Of a DNA stretch of 52,612 bases, positions 11,993-24,645 are shown one piece after another. The position numbers were made by a program, and so were the translations under genes. The stretch's first letter is position 1; each line of letters opens with the position of its first letter. Below the pieces are notes generated by a model. That model did not search any database and was not told the DNA's origin. It saw only the letters and a list, made by a program, of their open reading frames with translations. This stretch comes from Atractiella rhizophila (lineage: Eukaryota), in contig MU271498.1 in NCBI GenBank assembly GCA_021432655.1, forward strand, positions 1 through 52,612. The letters run 5' to 3'.

Positions 11993-13507
11993 ATGCCGCC
12001 GTCCAGCGACAAGGGAAACCAGAAGACGCCAATTGGCACCCATCTCGTAGCGGGAGGCATCGCTGGTCTCTCTGAGGCTTGCGTTTGTCACCCCCTCGAT
12101 ACCATTAAAGTCAGGATGCAACTCAGTAGAAGCGCGAGAGGGAAAGGAGTGAGTGCTTTCGTTCCCTACTTCGTTCAAGCTGTTCAGGAGCTCCGTGCGA
12201 GTTCGTCTTGCCAATCTTATCCTCGACCCAATGAGTACTCTGATATCATATATTTAATACTTCCCAGCTCGTCATACTATACAATCATCGATTGCGAGGG
12301 ATCATCAACCATTTTCGTCAATTTATCATCAAGTTCTACCATATCCTTTTCATTTTTCACTGAGCAATCATATACTGCTTCGTCCATTTTGTGCTTCTGA
12401 TCTGAGGAGCATGTCGGCAACGATGCTAACCTCTTCTGCAAAATAGATGAAACCCCGCTCTTTTCTCGCCACGGGAAAGATGATCGTTCAACGCGAGACA
12501 CCATTAGGGCTCTACAAAGGACTTGGAGCAGTAATTTCTGGAATAGTCCCAAAGATGGCGATCCGTTTCGCGTCCTTTGAACAGTACAAATCTCTTCTCG
12601 CTTCCAAAGAGACCGGGAAGACGACGCCTGCGGGGACATTTCTGGGTGCGTCTCTGCTTCCTTCTGATCCAAATAAAACGAGCTGATTTCATTTTCTTTG
12701 TGTTTGTGAAGCGGGTTTGGGGGCGGGAACGACGGAGGCCGTCCTGGTTGTGTGTCCGATGGAGGTCGTGAAGATTCGATTGCAGGCCCAACAGCATTCG
12801 ATGGCTGATCCGCTCGACATTCCGAAGTATAGAAACGCCGCACACGCCTTATATCTCATCTTGAAAGAAGAGGGAGTGAGGACGCTATACCGCGGAGTAG
12901 CGCTCACTGCTCTACGACAAGCTACCAACCAAGGTCTGTTCTTTCCTTCCTACCCTACTTAGACTCCAAAAGTGACGGATTTCGATCAACCAGCTGCAAA
13001 TTTCACGACCTACACTGAGCTCACACGGTTGTTGCGAAAATGGCAGCCTGAATATTCAAGAGCGGACGTCACCCTTCCTTCCTACCAAACTCTCCTCGCG
13101 GGCTTCATCTCGTTCGTTCTCTCCCTACTCCTGTATCCTCATCCTGATGATTATGGCGTCTCAGAGGAGCAGTGGGACCATTCACGAATGCCCCGATCGA
13201 CACGATCAAGACTCGGATACAGAAGGCGACCGCTCTTGCTGGCGAGACCGCTTGGACGAGGTTTCGAACAGTCACTGTGGACATGTTCAAGCAAGAAGGA
13301 CCGAGGGCTTTCTATAAGGGTATCACACCTCGAGTTGCACGAGTGGCACCTGGACAGGCAGTCGTGTTCGTCGTTTATGAGAAGGTGCGCCATGGAGCAT
13401 TTCCTTACATGTGAATTGGGTGTGCTGATGTAGATTTTTGGGTACAGATAAAGACTTGGATCGAACAGTTTAAGGAAGAGATTCGACATGAATACTCTGA
13501 GCCTTGA
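11993..13507 (+). CDS. SFC1: Mitochondrial succinate/fumarate carrier (MCF family)
   Basis: Three carrier signatures (HPLDTIKVRMQ, CPMEVVKIRLQ, APIDTIKTRIQ) plus SFC1/ACR1-like GIVPKMAIRFASFE, QQHSMADPLDIPKYRNAAHA, ALRQATNQ, ITPRVARVAPGQAV; ends IKTWIEQFKEEIRHEYSEP*. Confidence 0.92.
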
Positions 13508-13836
13508 AGAGTTAGACTCGCCTCGCATGGTTTTGATTGAATTGCAGGACGTTTCGTTTCGCATTTCAGACCTCCAAGTTGTACATTCATCATTTTATCT
13601 CACTTTCGGACGTAGATAGGTTCCCTGTTCACGGTCCTTCTGTACTCGGCATGCTGCAATGCAATAAAGAACTAACAAGAAAATCCTAACAAGTTCGATG
13701 ACGGTTCCACACGGATCAAACGAAACCGGTTTTCCAAGTTTTGTTATTTAACAATCTACGATCTATTCGCAATGGTTCTACGTATTCACAATGAGTGTCT
13801 GACAAAGGAGAGAATCGTGTTGAATAGTTGTCCATG

Positions 13837-15049
13837 TTACATCAAAAGCTTGACTGCCACAAAAATCAATAATCCATGGAAGTGCTTCTCCAGCCTGAGC
13901 GTTGAAGCAGCCGAATTTTCGTTGTCGATAGACGTCTGTGAGCCGCCAGTGCTAGATCCAGCAGAAGGTTGGACAGCTGGCGCGGTGTTGGCGGAAGCAG
14001 CCCCAGAAAAAGATTTCGACAAAAGCCAGTTGAAGTGGTCCTCGAAGAAGGGAACTTGTAGATATTCAGTATTATCCTAAAGTATTAAAACAAGAAAGAA
14101 GCGCGCGCACCATTGGCCATCTGATTGTGGGCCGGACTGATAGCAGGGTCTGGGCCGTCAATGATGGTAAGTACTGCCTTGGTCCCTCCTATGGCTTCGA
14201 TGAGATGCTGAGTCTGATTCGCCCGTCCCACGTTCGATGCTCCTTCGTAATCTTTAGTACCGGCATAATGTCTGAATGGGATATTGAGCAAAGGTCGGAA
14301 GTCGGTCGTATTATCTGGTTCGCCTGCAGAGAGTGCGACGGCTGCGAACGACGTAGGATAGGCAAGCGCCATTTTCCATCCATCACGCGCTCCTGGAAAC
14401 GGGGCGTATTTAACGCAGCACTACTTGTTGCGACAGACGCTCACCCATTGAATAACCTGTCAGGTAAACACGGTCTTCGTCATAATCGTAATTTTGCTGA
14501 ACGAAGTCGAGAACTGCTTTGACGCGTCCAAGGTCCCATTCTGGACTGAAGAGTCTTATCAGCAAGGCAGCATAAAAGAAAATCCAGGCTCCGCACACAG
14601 CTGGGTAAATGGTGTCGTTCGGATGAATAGGCAGGACGGTCAAGAACTCCTCAGCGACCAATTTCGACGCGGCCGTGATGTTTCCGTCATAGTATTCCTT
14701 GATCCGCCTACCCGGTCCATTGTAAGTCATCTTGACGTCCAACTCGCCAAAGTCGCCAACGGATCCAGCCCCTTTTTCGCCAGACGTCAGAATCAAGTGT
14801 GTAAGAAGAATACCGAGACGAACCATGAAGAAAGAGGTTTAGGGCTGGCTTCGCTGCAGGAGAGTCACCGGCAGGCTTCAAGACATTCTGTCATTCTGAA
14901 TGAGCAACATATTTCACTTGAAAGAACCGAAAGCGTACGAAATAGTATGCGTCTCCCAAATCGCTATGATGGATGAACGGTATCGACTGCGCTTCAGCAA
15001 AAGAGGAAACCAAGGAGGAGCAAAGAGCGATGATAGCAAAGAGCGTCAT
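13837..15049 (-). CDS. Secreted, possibly GPI-anchored alpha/beta hydrolase (esterase/peptidase-like)
   Basis: Signal peptide MTLFAIIALCSSLVSSFAEA; DEDRVYLTGYSMG nucleophile elbow; YPTSFAAVALSAG; AGTKD and H candidates for the triad; Ser/Thr/Ala-rich linker and hydrophobic C-terminus. Confidence 0.8.
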
Positions 15050-15700
15050 GGTGTTCAACGGTGGAGGCTTGTCATAAAAATGCTCCGAAGTAACTTGAAG
15101 CAGAGTGCTGTTTCCTCCTTAAACCCTGCCACAATTCCAGAATAAAGCTGGTGAAGGTGATGAAGACCAAGGTTTTGGGTGGCAAGAAAAATTCACGCCT
15201 CCCCGGAGTTTTGATCGACGGAGCCAAGAAGGAAACTATTCCAGTATTCTAGTGCAGCTTGATTATTTTGGGAACAGGTCTGTGACGACAACAATATTGC
15301 TTCCTTTCGCAGGCATTGTTGATGTGAGCTGGGAGACCCGAGCCTACGAAACTGAAGCTCCAGAAGCTCCAAACCACAAAGTTCAACTTCAACGCAAGAC
15401 CGTGTCGACAAAAAACTATTAATATAGGTCAGTGATAGTGTGGGGGGCAGAGAAGACACAATGTTCTAAGGCTCATCTTCGATTACATTCACCCTCCATT
15501 GCTTGGTCAGTTGCAGGTGCTGTCTGCTTGGGATCTCAGATTTCATCATGAAGAGAAGAAGAGTGCCGTCATGATTTTGCCATTCCATCGCTCCAGAATT
15601 AGCCCCCACAGAAGAGAAGTAGCTAAATGGATTACTCTGAAGGGTCGAAGATCCCCTTAAGGTTTTATTAGATACTGGTACATATATCCGGTCAACAATA

Positions 15701-15728
15701 CAATCGACAATCGACAATCGACAATCGA
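15701..15728. repeat. Short tandem repeat (CAATCGA)4
   Basis: caatcgacaatcgacaatcgacaatcga read directly. Confidence 0.85.
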
Positions 15729-16063
15729 GAGAACACGAACGTAATATTCCGCTTCGCATTATTTCGAATCAAGCAAACACCTTCTCCCTCCCATGCTCTC
15801 TTTTCCCGAATACCTTTCATGATAAACCTCAATTCTCCCAATCTCCCTTTTGTACATCATCTCAATAAAAACATATCTGTTGTCACGTCAGCCCATGGTT
15901 CAAAACCGAGATTGGTTGAGCTTCAGCAGACCACGAGTTTTGGTGATTAACCAACCAGTAGAGACCATACAGCAGAAGAGTTTGTTCCCCCATTTTGGAG
16001 CAGAGAGGATGGCCTCAACTTAGAAAAATGTCTTCATCATTCGGACAGTGGACTCCTCCCCAT

Positions 16064-17581
16064 TCACGGATCAGGATCCTTATTCAATACCAAGAATGAC
16101 GAGAGGACAGACCTCTTTTCCACGTTTATTTCTGTCTCAATATCGACTCTAACACCTCCATAACTGAGATGTAAATCCCCTTCTCTTCGCCTGCCTACAC
16201 TCTGAAGATGTACTTCTGGTGATTCAAGGACATCAGGCTTGTTAGCACTCCGGAACTTTGGAACTGTGTTAACACGTCCATGTGAACCACTTCGGCTACT
16301 ACTGCCTCCCTCTCGTGAGTTTGGACCCGAAGCAACAGTTCGAAGATGGAGAACAATGCGAGAAGCCATCATCGTTGTGAACGTCAGGGTAAGCGGGCAG
16401 TTCAAAGTCGGATTGAGTTCTTTAGGAATGCTGCGTTGCAGATATCCGTCAGTTCAAGGAGAAAGTTCGGCTAGGATAAGGTCACTACGAACGAGAAATA
16501 AACCACATTGACCAAATTACAAATCGATACGACGATGAAATAGAGGATGCCATCGCGCATGAAGGTCGAGATGAGGTGGGTAGGAGGCGCGTTTCGCCAT
16601 TGAGTAAGAAGTGGTCTTCAAATAAATGAGTAACCAGTCAGCTAGGGGTACGGCGACGGACACGAGCATGAATACTGTCGCTGTAGTGTCGTAAAGGAGA
16701 AGCGGGATCCTGTGAGTATTGTTAGCAATCTGATTCATATTTCGGTGGAGATACGAACCAATAGAGCCATATGTAGCTTGTGGAAATATCAGCTTTATTC
16801 ATGCTAGATGGATGTGAAGACGAATCACTGTTGACGCCCTCGAATAGAAATACATCCTCTCAAGCCGGGCAATCTAACCGAGGCGTCTGCATTTGTCGTC
16901 CGTAACATGATCAACGTGAAGACTTACAGACGCAATGCGTCGTCTTCAGCAAAGGACCAAATTTGAACAGCCGTTCCAACGAATGCAAATGATCCAAAGA
17001 AGTAGGCAATCCATTTACGACGGTTCCACACTACCCAAACTCTTGTACCAAGGAGGGAACTCGCAGTTCACTGCGTTCACATCATGTCAACCTATTTATC
17101 AATACACGGCTTGAGAGGAAGGGACTCACAAAAGAGAATCGTGGTAGCCAGAGGTTCCAGAATATGAACTCGGTTGCACGTTTTCAGGGTGAATTTGAAC
17201 CAGAGAAGACACATCGCCAGGACAAAAGTCAGGAGACCCCAGTAGCTGCACAATTCTGATTAGTCTTTCACTTACGGAGCGAACAAGAGAGGAGTGAGGC
17301 ATACCGATTGAAGAAGTATGAGACTTGAACTGGAGTCCAGCGTTCTGCCTTCCACATCGCCTTGTATTCGGCTGGGAAACTAAGGATAAAGTCCCAAGCA
17401 TAGATCGCAAAACAAGCTGTGCGTAATTTCTGCTAAGCTGGCTGGAGGACTCGGGAATACACAAACCAGTGAGATAGATACGACTGGCTGAAAGAACTCC
17501 TTCTAAATCTGCACGCTGAAGAGCGAGATCGAGCTGCTCTTGGACAGTGGGACTTGGACCCGCTGAAGCGGACGATGACAT
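16064..17581 (-). CDS. DUF6533-type multi-TM membrane protein, paralog 1
   Basis: EQLDLA...RIYLT|ACFAIYAWDFILSFPAEYKAMWK...FFNRY, EFLLGTRVWVVWNRRKW, LLLYDTTAT, TFMRDGILYF, LTLTFTTMMASRIVLHLR; same intron positions as paralogs 2 and 3. Last exon boundary uncertain. Confidence 0.85.
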
Positions 17582-17665
17582 TCTCCTTGGTTAATCTTGG
17601 TGCCAAGGAATTTTGTGAGGAAGACGGAAGTCCAAGCTGGGAGGCCAAGGAGCCAAGCACGCTCC

Positions 17666-17684
17666 TTTATAGGTCCTGTTTGAA
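17666..17684 (-). promoter_or_regulatory. Conserved TTCAAAC-N6-TATAAA core promoter of paralog 1
   Basis: Minus strand reads TTCAAACaggaccTATAAAG; same motif and spacing at 21421 and 24537. Confidence 0.65.
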
Positions 17685-19504
17685 TATAAATTATTCTAAA
17701 AGTCTTTCTTGCAAGATGAACACCATCGACCTTATTCTCGAAGTGCATCCCTCCAATCTTGGGCGTTCAAAGGTTGGGACGGAAGCTCTGGGAAAGTCTT
17801 GGCTTGCACATAAAATACGCGCTGAAGGACTCAGAAGGAAGACCCACCAATTGGGCTCCAGGGGACATCAATGGGTATCAACTAAGAGAACAACAAAATA
17901 ATTATACTTGTTCGAAGCCTTCCCTCATCATCTTCGGACGAGAGTATTGCTTCTGCTCACCGCAGACTTCTGCCGGAGTAAGCGCAAGATTCTCGGAACA
18001 AGACGACATCACGCCAGCTTCATCTCTTTCAAACTCGTTTCAGCAAAGCGTTTTCGCTCATTATATTCAGTTGCAGAGGACATTTGCAAGCAAGGCCATG
18101 TGATGCAATTCGAAGTACTGAGAACTGGATCAACTGTCTCTCCAGAAGGTTTCTCAGTCAAGGTCTGGAATGAGAAAGCAACGTTATTTTCGAAATCTTC
18201 TTGTCACAACAAACCGCAAAGCGTGGGTGCTCGCATTTGATTCATCAAAGTTTCAGGACAGCTTGGACTGCAAATGAGCCAGAAAGGTAATATACAATAT
18301 CAGCGTTTTCATACGCAATATGGGAAACAGCGCATTAAGAGAGCGAGTCGCCTAGGCGTTGGTCAGTCTCACATCTCCAGCAGAAATATCAGGAAGACGA
18401 GGTGCGTACAATTCAACTTCCCTTATTGCCAGTGGAAGGCAAAGACCAAATGAAATGGAGCCAGCTTGATATATAGTACCCGCCGTTGACGATCGTGAGC
18501 TTTTTTCAAAAATCATTGAGATCTCTACCCTAATCACCACATTCTCATCGCTCCAACCAATGTCACTGCTATCATGTATCATCCGAGGCCAGGAGTGCAG
18601 GTGCAGATTCCGTCTTCCGCCAGTTCTGTTCTGGTCGCTTTGGATTGATAACAAGTTTGAGCAGCACATTCAGCTATAAATAGAAAGGAATCGAGGGCAA
18701 GGCTAAGGATGTGCCAAGGGATGGGAATGATACGCAGATCCCTTCCCTTGGTGACAGAAATTATCGCAGTCAACAGGGGAGGTTGACGCAACGGAAAGGA
18801 GGATGAAAATCAATCCCTTACAAGTGGCGTATAACTTGCAGTAACCATACTTGTCAACACTCTCGTGCACCAGAGAGAGAACTAGACAAAAGCTTACATC
18901 TAATACTTGTCCAACCACAATCTGGCCGATGAGTTGATCAGAGTGCGAACGCGAGGAGGCATTTCTGCTCGTGCATGACTTTTTTTTTTTCCTTTTCTAG
19001 TTCCCCCGTCATCGTCGACTTCCCGCATTCGCCTGTTAGATGGCATCACATCAATGCGAAATAGACGGAAAGATCACAAACACGTGCTTCAGTCGATCTC
19101 AACTTCTCGGGGTTGCGTTGTCACTTCAACTTCTCATTCTGTGCGCGAGGAGCCGACGTGTCTATCAAACGAGAGACCGCATCATGGAGTTCTGCGACGC
19201 ATGTAACTTGCAGTCAAGCTTTATCGTCAGGAATATACAATCCTTTGTTCAGCTAAAGGACGTAAAAAAAGAAATGAGTGAATGGTAACAGAAAACAGGT
19301 TCTTCCAAACTTGGAAACCGACCCTGCCGATTTTCAAACCCAGGCAACCTTTCAAATATACCATTAACAACATCCCTAGATGTCGCGCCTGAGACAGCAA
19401 GCACGGACGGGCTGACCCCGTCACGTCACCCGCACCGTCACTGAACACGGGACACTGTCTGGAGACGAGACTGTCACGGCAAGAAAAGGTCCAGACGGAC
19501 GCGT

Positions 19505-20700
19505 TTGACGCTGAACACCCGTCCTTCAACATCATCCATAATTCTGTCCAGCACCCTCCGCACATCGCACTCCGCTGCCACGTTCTGGCCGCTAACTACT
19601 AATGCCGGCAACTCCAGGATTTTGGTTACAGTTGGTCGGAAAGGTGATTTGGTTGAGCCGGCGATGGAACTGTCCGTCAGCGGGACGCCACCTTGGAAGG
19701 TCATTCGCCAACTGAAAGGCGGAGAAGTAGGGATGATGTGTGTTCCTTCACTCCTGCAAACACTTCCCTCCGGACTTCGATTTCTGACGATATGTGGTTG
19801 CAGAACAACTTGTTAGTGCGCCGTCTTCCGTCCATCTTCTCTGGAATGGGATTGAAAAAGGAAGTGACAGTACATAGCACTCTCCTCACTCTCCCCACCG
19901 ACCTACGTCCTGACATACCAACTCAAACTGCTGACAACTGCTGTCTTTTCTTCCTTCTTCTTCTCGCACAGGCTGTCCCTGAGGAAATGGTTCGCTTTCT
20001 CCTCCTAGTCGTCGGCGTGGCTCTCGTCCAACTGGACGACGGTGCTGGAGGGAAGAGTGGATCGAGCAATGAAGGAGAGGACAAAGTACGCGGATTGCTT
20101 GCGATCGGAGCAGCGAGTGTGACGAGCGGCGTGGCCGGGGTGCTGGTTTGAGTGGTTGCTGAAACGCTCTCCTCCGGCTCCGGCAAAAGTGGATGGAACG
20201 AAGGAGAGAGAGGAACTTAGAAGGGGATGAAAAAAGATACGTTGTGGACTAAGAATGTCTCCCTCGCCTTGCCTTCCATCGCCTTTGCGGCCTCACCTCT
20301 CCTCGGCTCACCTACGAGTTTGTCGCTAGAAAATTTTTTTCTAGGCATGCTCCCCCGTCCTACCGTATTAGAAATAACTCTCACTCCTATGATAGCTTAT
20401 ACCCCACTTGTCTGGGGAGTCATTCTACTCCAATCCCTCGGCGGTATCCTCGTCTCCCTCGTCGTGCGCGACTTCTCAAGCGTCACCAAGGGCTTTGTGA
20501 CCTCAGGGTCGATCATATGTATGTTCTCCCTCTCCATGGTTCTTCTTCTATCTACTTTAAGCAGAGTACGCCACTCATTCATGACATGTGCAGTGACCAG
20601 TTCAGGTGGAATGTACCTTTAAGCCCTACGTCCAGGGCTCCGATGGTATTTTGGGGCAATGGCGGTGATCGGAGCGACAGGAGTGTGGAGCTTAGGGTAA
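19505..20700 (+). CDS. Nucleotide-sugar (UDP-galactose, SLC35A/Gms1-like) transporter; 5' structure unclear, possibly degenerate
   Basis: CVPSLL..QNNL, LLLVVGVALVQL, GLLAIGAASVTSGVAGV, LWTKNVSLA, YTPLVWGVILLQSLGGILVSLVV..SSVTKGFVTSGSII match the family pattern; start codon not identified. Confidence 0.72.
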
Positions 20701-21420
20701 AGAAAATTGAAAGCAGGGATACTACTATGGCATGGATGGCCTTGAGTAGACGCGTGTCCCATGGCTGGATCCTTACCATCTTCGCTTTCCCCTTGAGGAA
20801 AGCCGAGTAGTACGCACCACTCCTTCCAGATATGCATCTCAAAGAATGCGTTACTGATGGATAGTTTAGATGAACTGATCTGGCGAATGGTTGCTTCCTG
20901 CGATGGCGTATGAAAACGCTTGTTTTAACTTCTATATTCTAAAAAACTAGAATCTCTCCTTGAATTTATTAGGACTGAGGATCAATCCAGCTGACTATGC
21001 TCTCCATCTTGGAATGCAAAATTCATCAAAGCTGTCGCTCCTCATGATGTTGTTTCATTTGCTGGGGGTGCCCGTGCTCTCCGGTTCCGTTCTCACCTTC
21101 ACCTCAAATAAATATGAGCAAGAAATGCTGTGGTGACACGAGTCCCCATAAATCTGTTCCGAGAATGTTGCGATTATTCTCACCGAAGCGGGTACTGTAG
21201 AGGTAAAACAAAGCTCTCGTCCGAATAAACACGTGTGCAAGAAGGATTTACTTTTCGTTCGTTTCCTGCACCACTGTTGAACGGTGAGCGTTCAGTTCCC
21301 TTTGGTTCAACAGCTACCTTATTCTGAATTCGTCTTCTTCATCGCGGCGCGTATTGTTTATGTGCTAGGCCAAGAGCTGCCGAGAGTTTCAAGCAAGAAG
21401 AGCTTTCAGAACAGTCTACA

Positions 21421-21439
21421 TTCAAACAAGAGTTATAAA
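21421..21439 (+). promoter_or_regulatory. Conserved TTCAAAC-N6-TATAAA core promoter of paralog 2
   Basis: ttcaaacaagagttataaa ending ~60 bp before ATG 21501. Confidence 0.65.
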
Positions 21440-21500
21440 GCGGCCCAGCCTCTTTCCTTCTTAGCGGCTCTCCTCACGAGCTCCTTGGCACACAAGGGCC

Positions 21501-23097
21501 ATGTCATCATCAGATGATCCTACAAATGTTAATGTCGAAGAACAGCTCAATCTCGCTATGCGGCGTGCAGTTTTGGAGGAAGTCCTTTCTACGAGTCGTA
21601 TCTATCTCACAGGTTCGCGCTTTCCTCGCTCCGCAGCGGAACTTGACTAAACTGAGGGCAGCCTGCTTTGCGCTCTATGGCTGGGACTTTATCCTGACGT
21701 TCCCAAACGAATACCGTTCCATGTGGAAGGCGGGGAGGTGGACACCAGTCCGAGTCTCGTTCTTCTTCAATCGGTACGTTTCTCTCTTCGAATTTCACGT
21801 TACCAGAAGGCTCATGTAACAATTTTCGAAGCTACTGGGGTATCTTGACGTTCGTCCTGGCGATGTGCCTGCTCTGGTTCAAGTTCACGCCAAAAACGTG
21901 TGACAAGGTTCACATTCTCGAGCCTGTCGCCACCACCATTCTCTTTTGCGAGTCCACTCCTCGCAATACAATATAAAATGACTGACATAATATCGGTAAA
22001 GTGAACTGCGAGTTCCTCCTTGGTGCCAGAGTCTGGGTATTATGGAACCGTCGTGAATGGGTTGCTTATTTCTTTGCGATATTCGCCATTGGAGGCACCG
22101 CTATTCAAGTGTGGTCGTTTGCTGGGGACAAAACTTTGCCTTTGTAAGCATTCAGGTCACTAGGTCACGGGAAAGAAAATGCAGACGAGTGCTTTAGACT
22201 GCCGGGCTTGAGGGGGTGCATCTCTGTCAGAGGAGACCAAAAGTGATTTGTCTTCACCAATGTGGGAATAACCATGCTGATCCTTCTTACAGCTACATAT
22301 GGCTGTATTGGTTTGTGTCTCCTTCCAACTTAGGCATTACATTGATGAATGGAGGCTTAGGGTTCCGCTTCTCCTCTATGACACAACGGCAACGATATTC
22401 ATGCTCGTGTGCGTCACCTAAACTCCCGTCTGGCTGTCTGCTAAGTCCTCAAAAGTCCACTCATCACTCAGTCGCGTAACGCACCACTTACGCGCCTCCT
22501 CTCGACCTTTATGCGTGATGGAATCCTCTACTTCATCATAGTATCAATCTGCAACGTAGTCAACGTGGTTTACTTCTCGTTCGTAGTTCTTATTTCCAGT
22601 CAGGCTTTCTCTCATTAACCTGCATTTGCAACACAGCATCCCTGCAGAAGTCAATCCAACTTTGAACTCTCCGCTTACCCTCACATTCACACCGATAATG
22701 GCGTCCCGCATTGTACTGCACCTACGATCTGTCGCTTCTAATTCGAACTCGCGGGAGGGAGGTGCGAGCAGCCACAGTGGCTCTAATGGACGCAGTAATA
22801 CGGTTCCAAAATTTCGGTCTCTCAATAAACCTGATGTTCGAAAATCACCAGACTCGCATTCTCAGGGTATAGGGAGGGGGATACGAAGAGAGGGGGATCT
22901 ACATCTCAGTTATGGAGGTGTGAGAGTTGATGTTGAGACAGAAATAAACGTGGAAAAGAGGTCTGTTTGCCGCCCAATTTATATGTTTGATCTAGGATCC
23001 TAATAGGAAAGATAGACTTGAGGCTCGTGAGGATACGGAAGGTCAAGAGAGAGACTATCGTTCGTCAGATGATGCATATGCAATTGAGAAGAAATAA
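21501..23097 (+). CDS. DUF6533-type multi-TM membrane protein, paralog 2 (complete)
   Basis: MSSSDDPTNVNVEEQLNLA...ACFALYGWDFILTFPNEYRSMWK...FMRDGILYF...PLTLTFTPIMASRIVLHLR...VEKR|LEAREDTEGQERDYRSSDDAYAIEKK*. Confidence 0.88.
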
Positions 23098-24536
23098 CGC
23101 CAATGCCCGCTTACGCGGTATTGTCCAAGATCACACCCTGTCTCCGCCATCATTAGATTGGCGCACTACACATGACTTAACTACAAAGCTTAACCAGGAT
23201 GGGTTAATTGGAAGGTCATGTATCTTTTTCCAGTTTCTCGTGCGCGGGACACTTGAAGATATACTATCTAGATTCCTCAGTCGAGGCTGTAAGCATAGCA
23301 TTGTCTAGCAACGGCCGAACCATTTTCTCTTCTGCCTTTCTACGACAGGACTAGAAATCAAAAAGTTATATATATAATAGACAACCGACGGTTCGTGGTT
23401 GGGGAGAGGACGACGCGCACATTCTTCTTTCCTGTTCCTCTCGTTCCTTTCGCGAATCCAATATTAAAGGCAGTATTTCAATATGGCCTATCAACAGCTT
23501 ACTGCAGGCTCTCTCTCGAACCCTGCGAAAATGTACTTCAGCAAGCAACTTTCGAACCTCAGGTTATCAGGTAACCTCCATGTTGAAGGTCTGCTCTCTC
23601 TAATAGCTTGGATCCATGGTTAAAGCTATCTTTAGCTGTCAATGCAATATCTGGAACACACGATCTAAACAAAGGGCATAATTTCCTTCATGATGCAGCC
23701 ACGACACTACAGCGTGTGGCAAGCGGATGAGGTCCTGCAAGTCGTTAAGTTCGCGCTATCTCTCCCGGTCAACACCAACCCATTTTCGAAGGAAAGCAAT
23801 ACCGCATGGACTGGTTTGTCGCTAGACAAACCTTTTCGAGGTATTCTTACCTTTCTCTCTTGTAGGTCCTTGCAGTCGAGGTTGGAAACGCATAGGTTAT
23901 CCAACACTTATGGATACTTAAAGCGAATTACTGTCTAACTCATGACATTCCGGTGCAGCGTATGAAAACGCTTGTCCGATTATTGTATGTTCAGAACCAC
24001 TCTCTAGACGAAACAGAGTTCAATCCTCAGGCTGCGTGCAAGCAATCTAGGGTTTGTCTTCCATCATGAACCCCTTCTAGAGTCGTCTAAAGAGCTGATA
24101 GAGGATTGATTTAGGCATCAGCGTTTAAAACACAGTGCTTTGGGATCGTGATAAGTTTGCTCACAGATTCCGTCCTCCCAGTCGACGAAATATGAGAAAA
24201 TATGCTCTGTGGACAGGAGGTGACGCTGAAGGTCCTGTAATGTCGTTCCGAGAATGTTACGGTTATTCTCCACTGTCAGAAGGTCTACCAACGCAATGCA
24301 GAAGCAAATTTTCTCGCCCGACTATGGTGACAGAGCTATGGAAAGAAATATCCTTCATTCGTTCTCGCAGTTGAAACGTTAACCACCGTTGAGGTCCATC
24401 AAGTCCAATGGGTGGGTCTCCTTCTGACACTTGTATCCAGTGTTTTTCAATTTTTTTTATTTGCAAGGCCAAGGCTTTCTGAGAGCTTCATGGCAAGAAG
24501 AACGTTCAGAACAGAGCAACTTCAAACTTACAGTAA

Positions 24537-24555
24537 TTCAAACGCGACATATAAA
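24537..24555 (+). promoter_or_regulatory. Conserved TTCAAAC-N6-TATAAA core promoter of paralog 3
   Basis: ttcaaacgcgacatataaa upstream of ATG 24646. Confidence 0.65.
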
Positions 24556-24645
24556 AGCAGCAAAGCATCTTTGCCTCTTGGCCAGTCTTAGCTGGAGACT
24601 CCATATTCCTCCCAAATTTCCTGAGTACCTTGGCACTTGGCAGTC

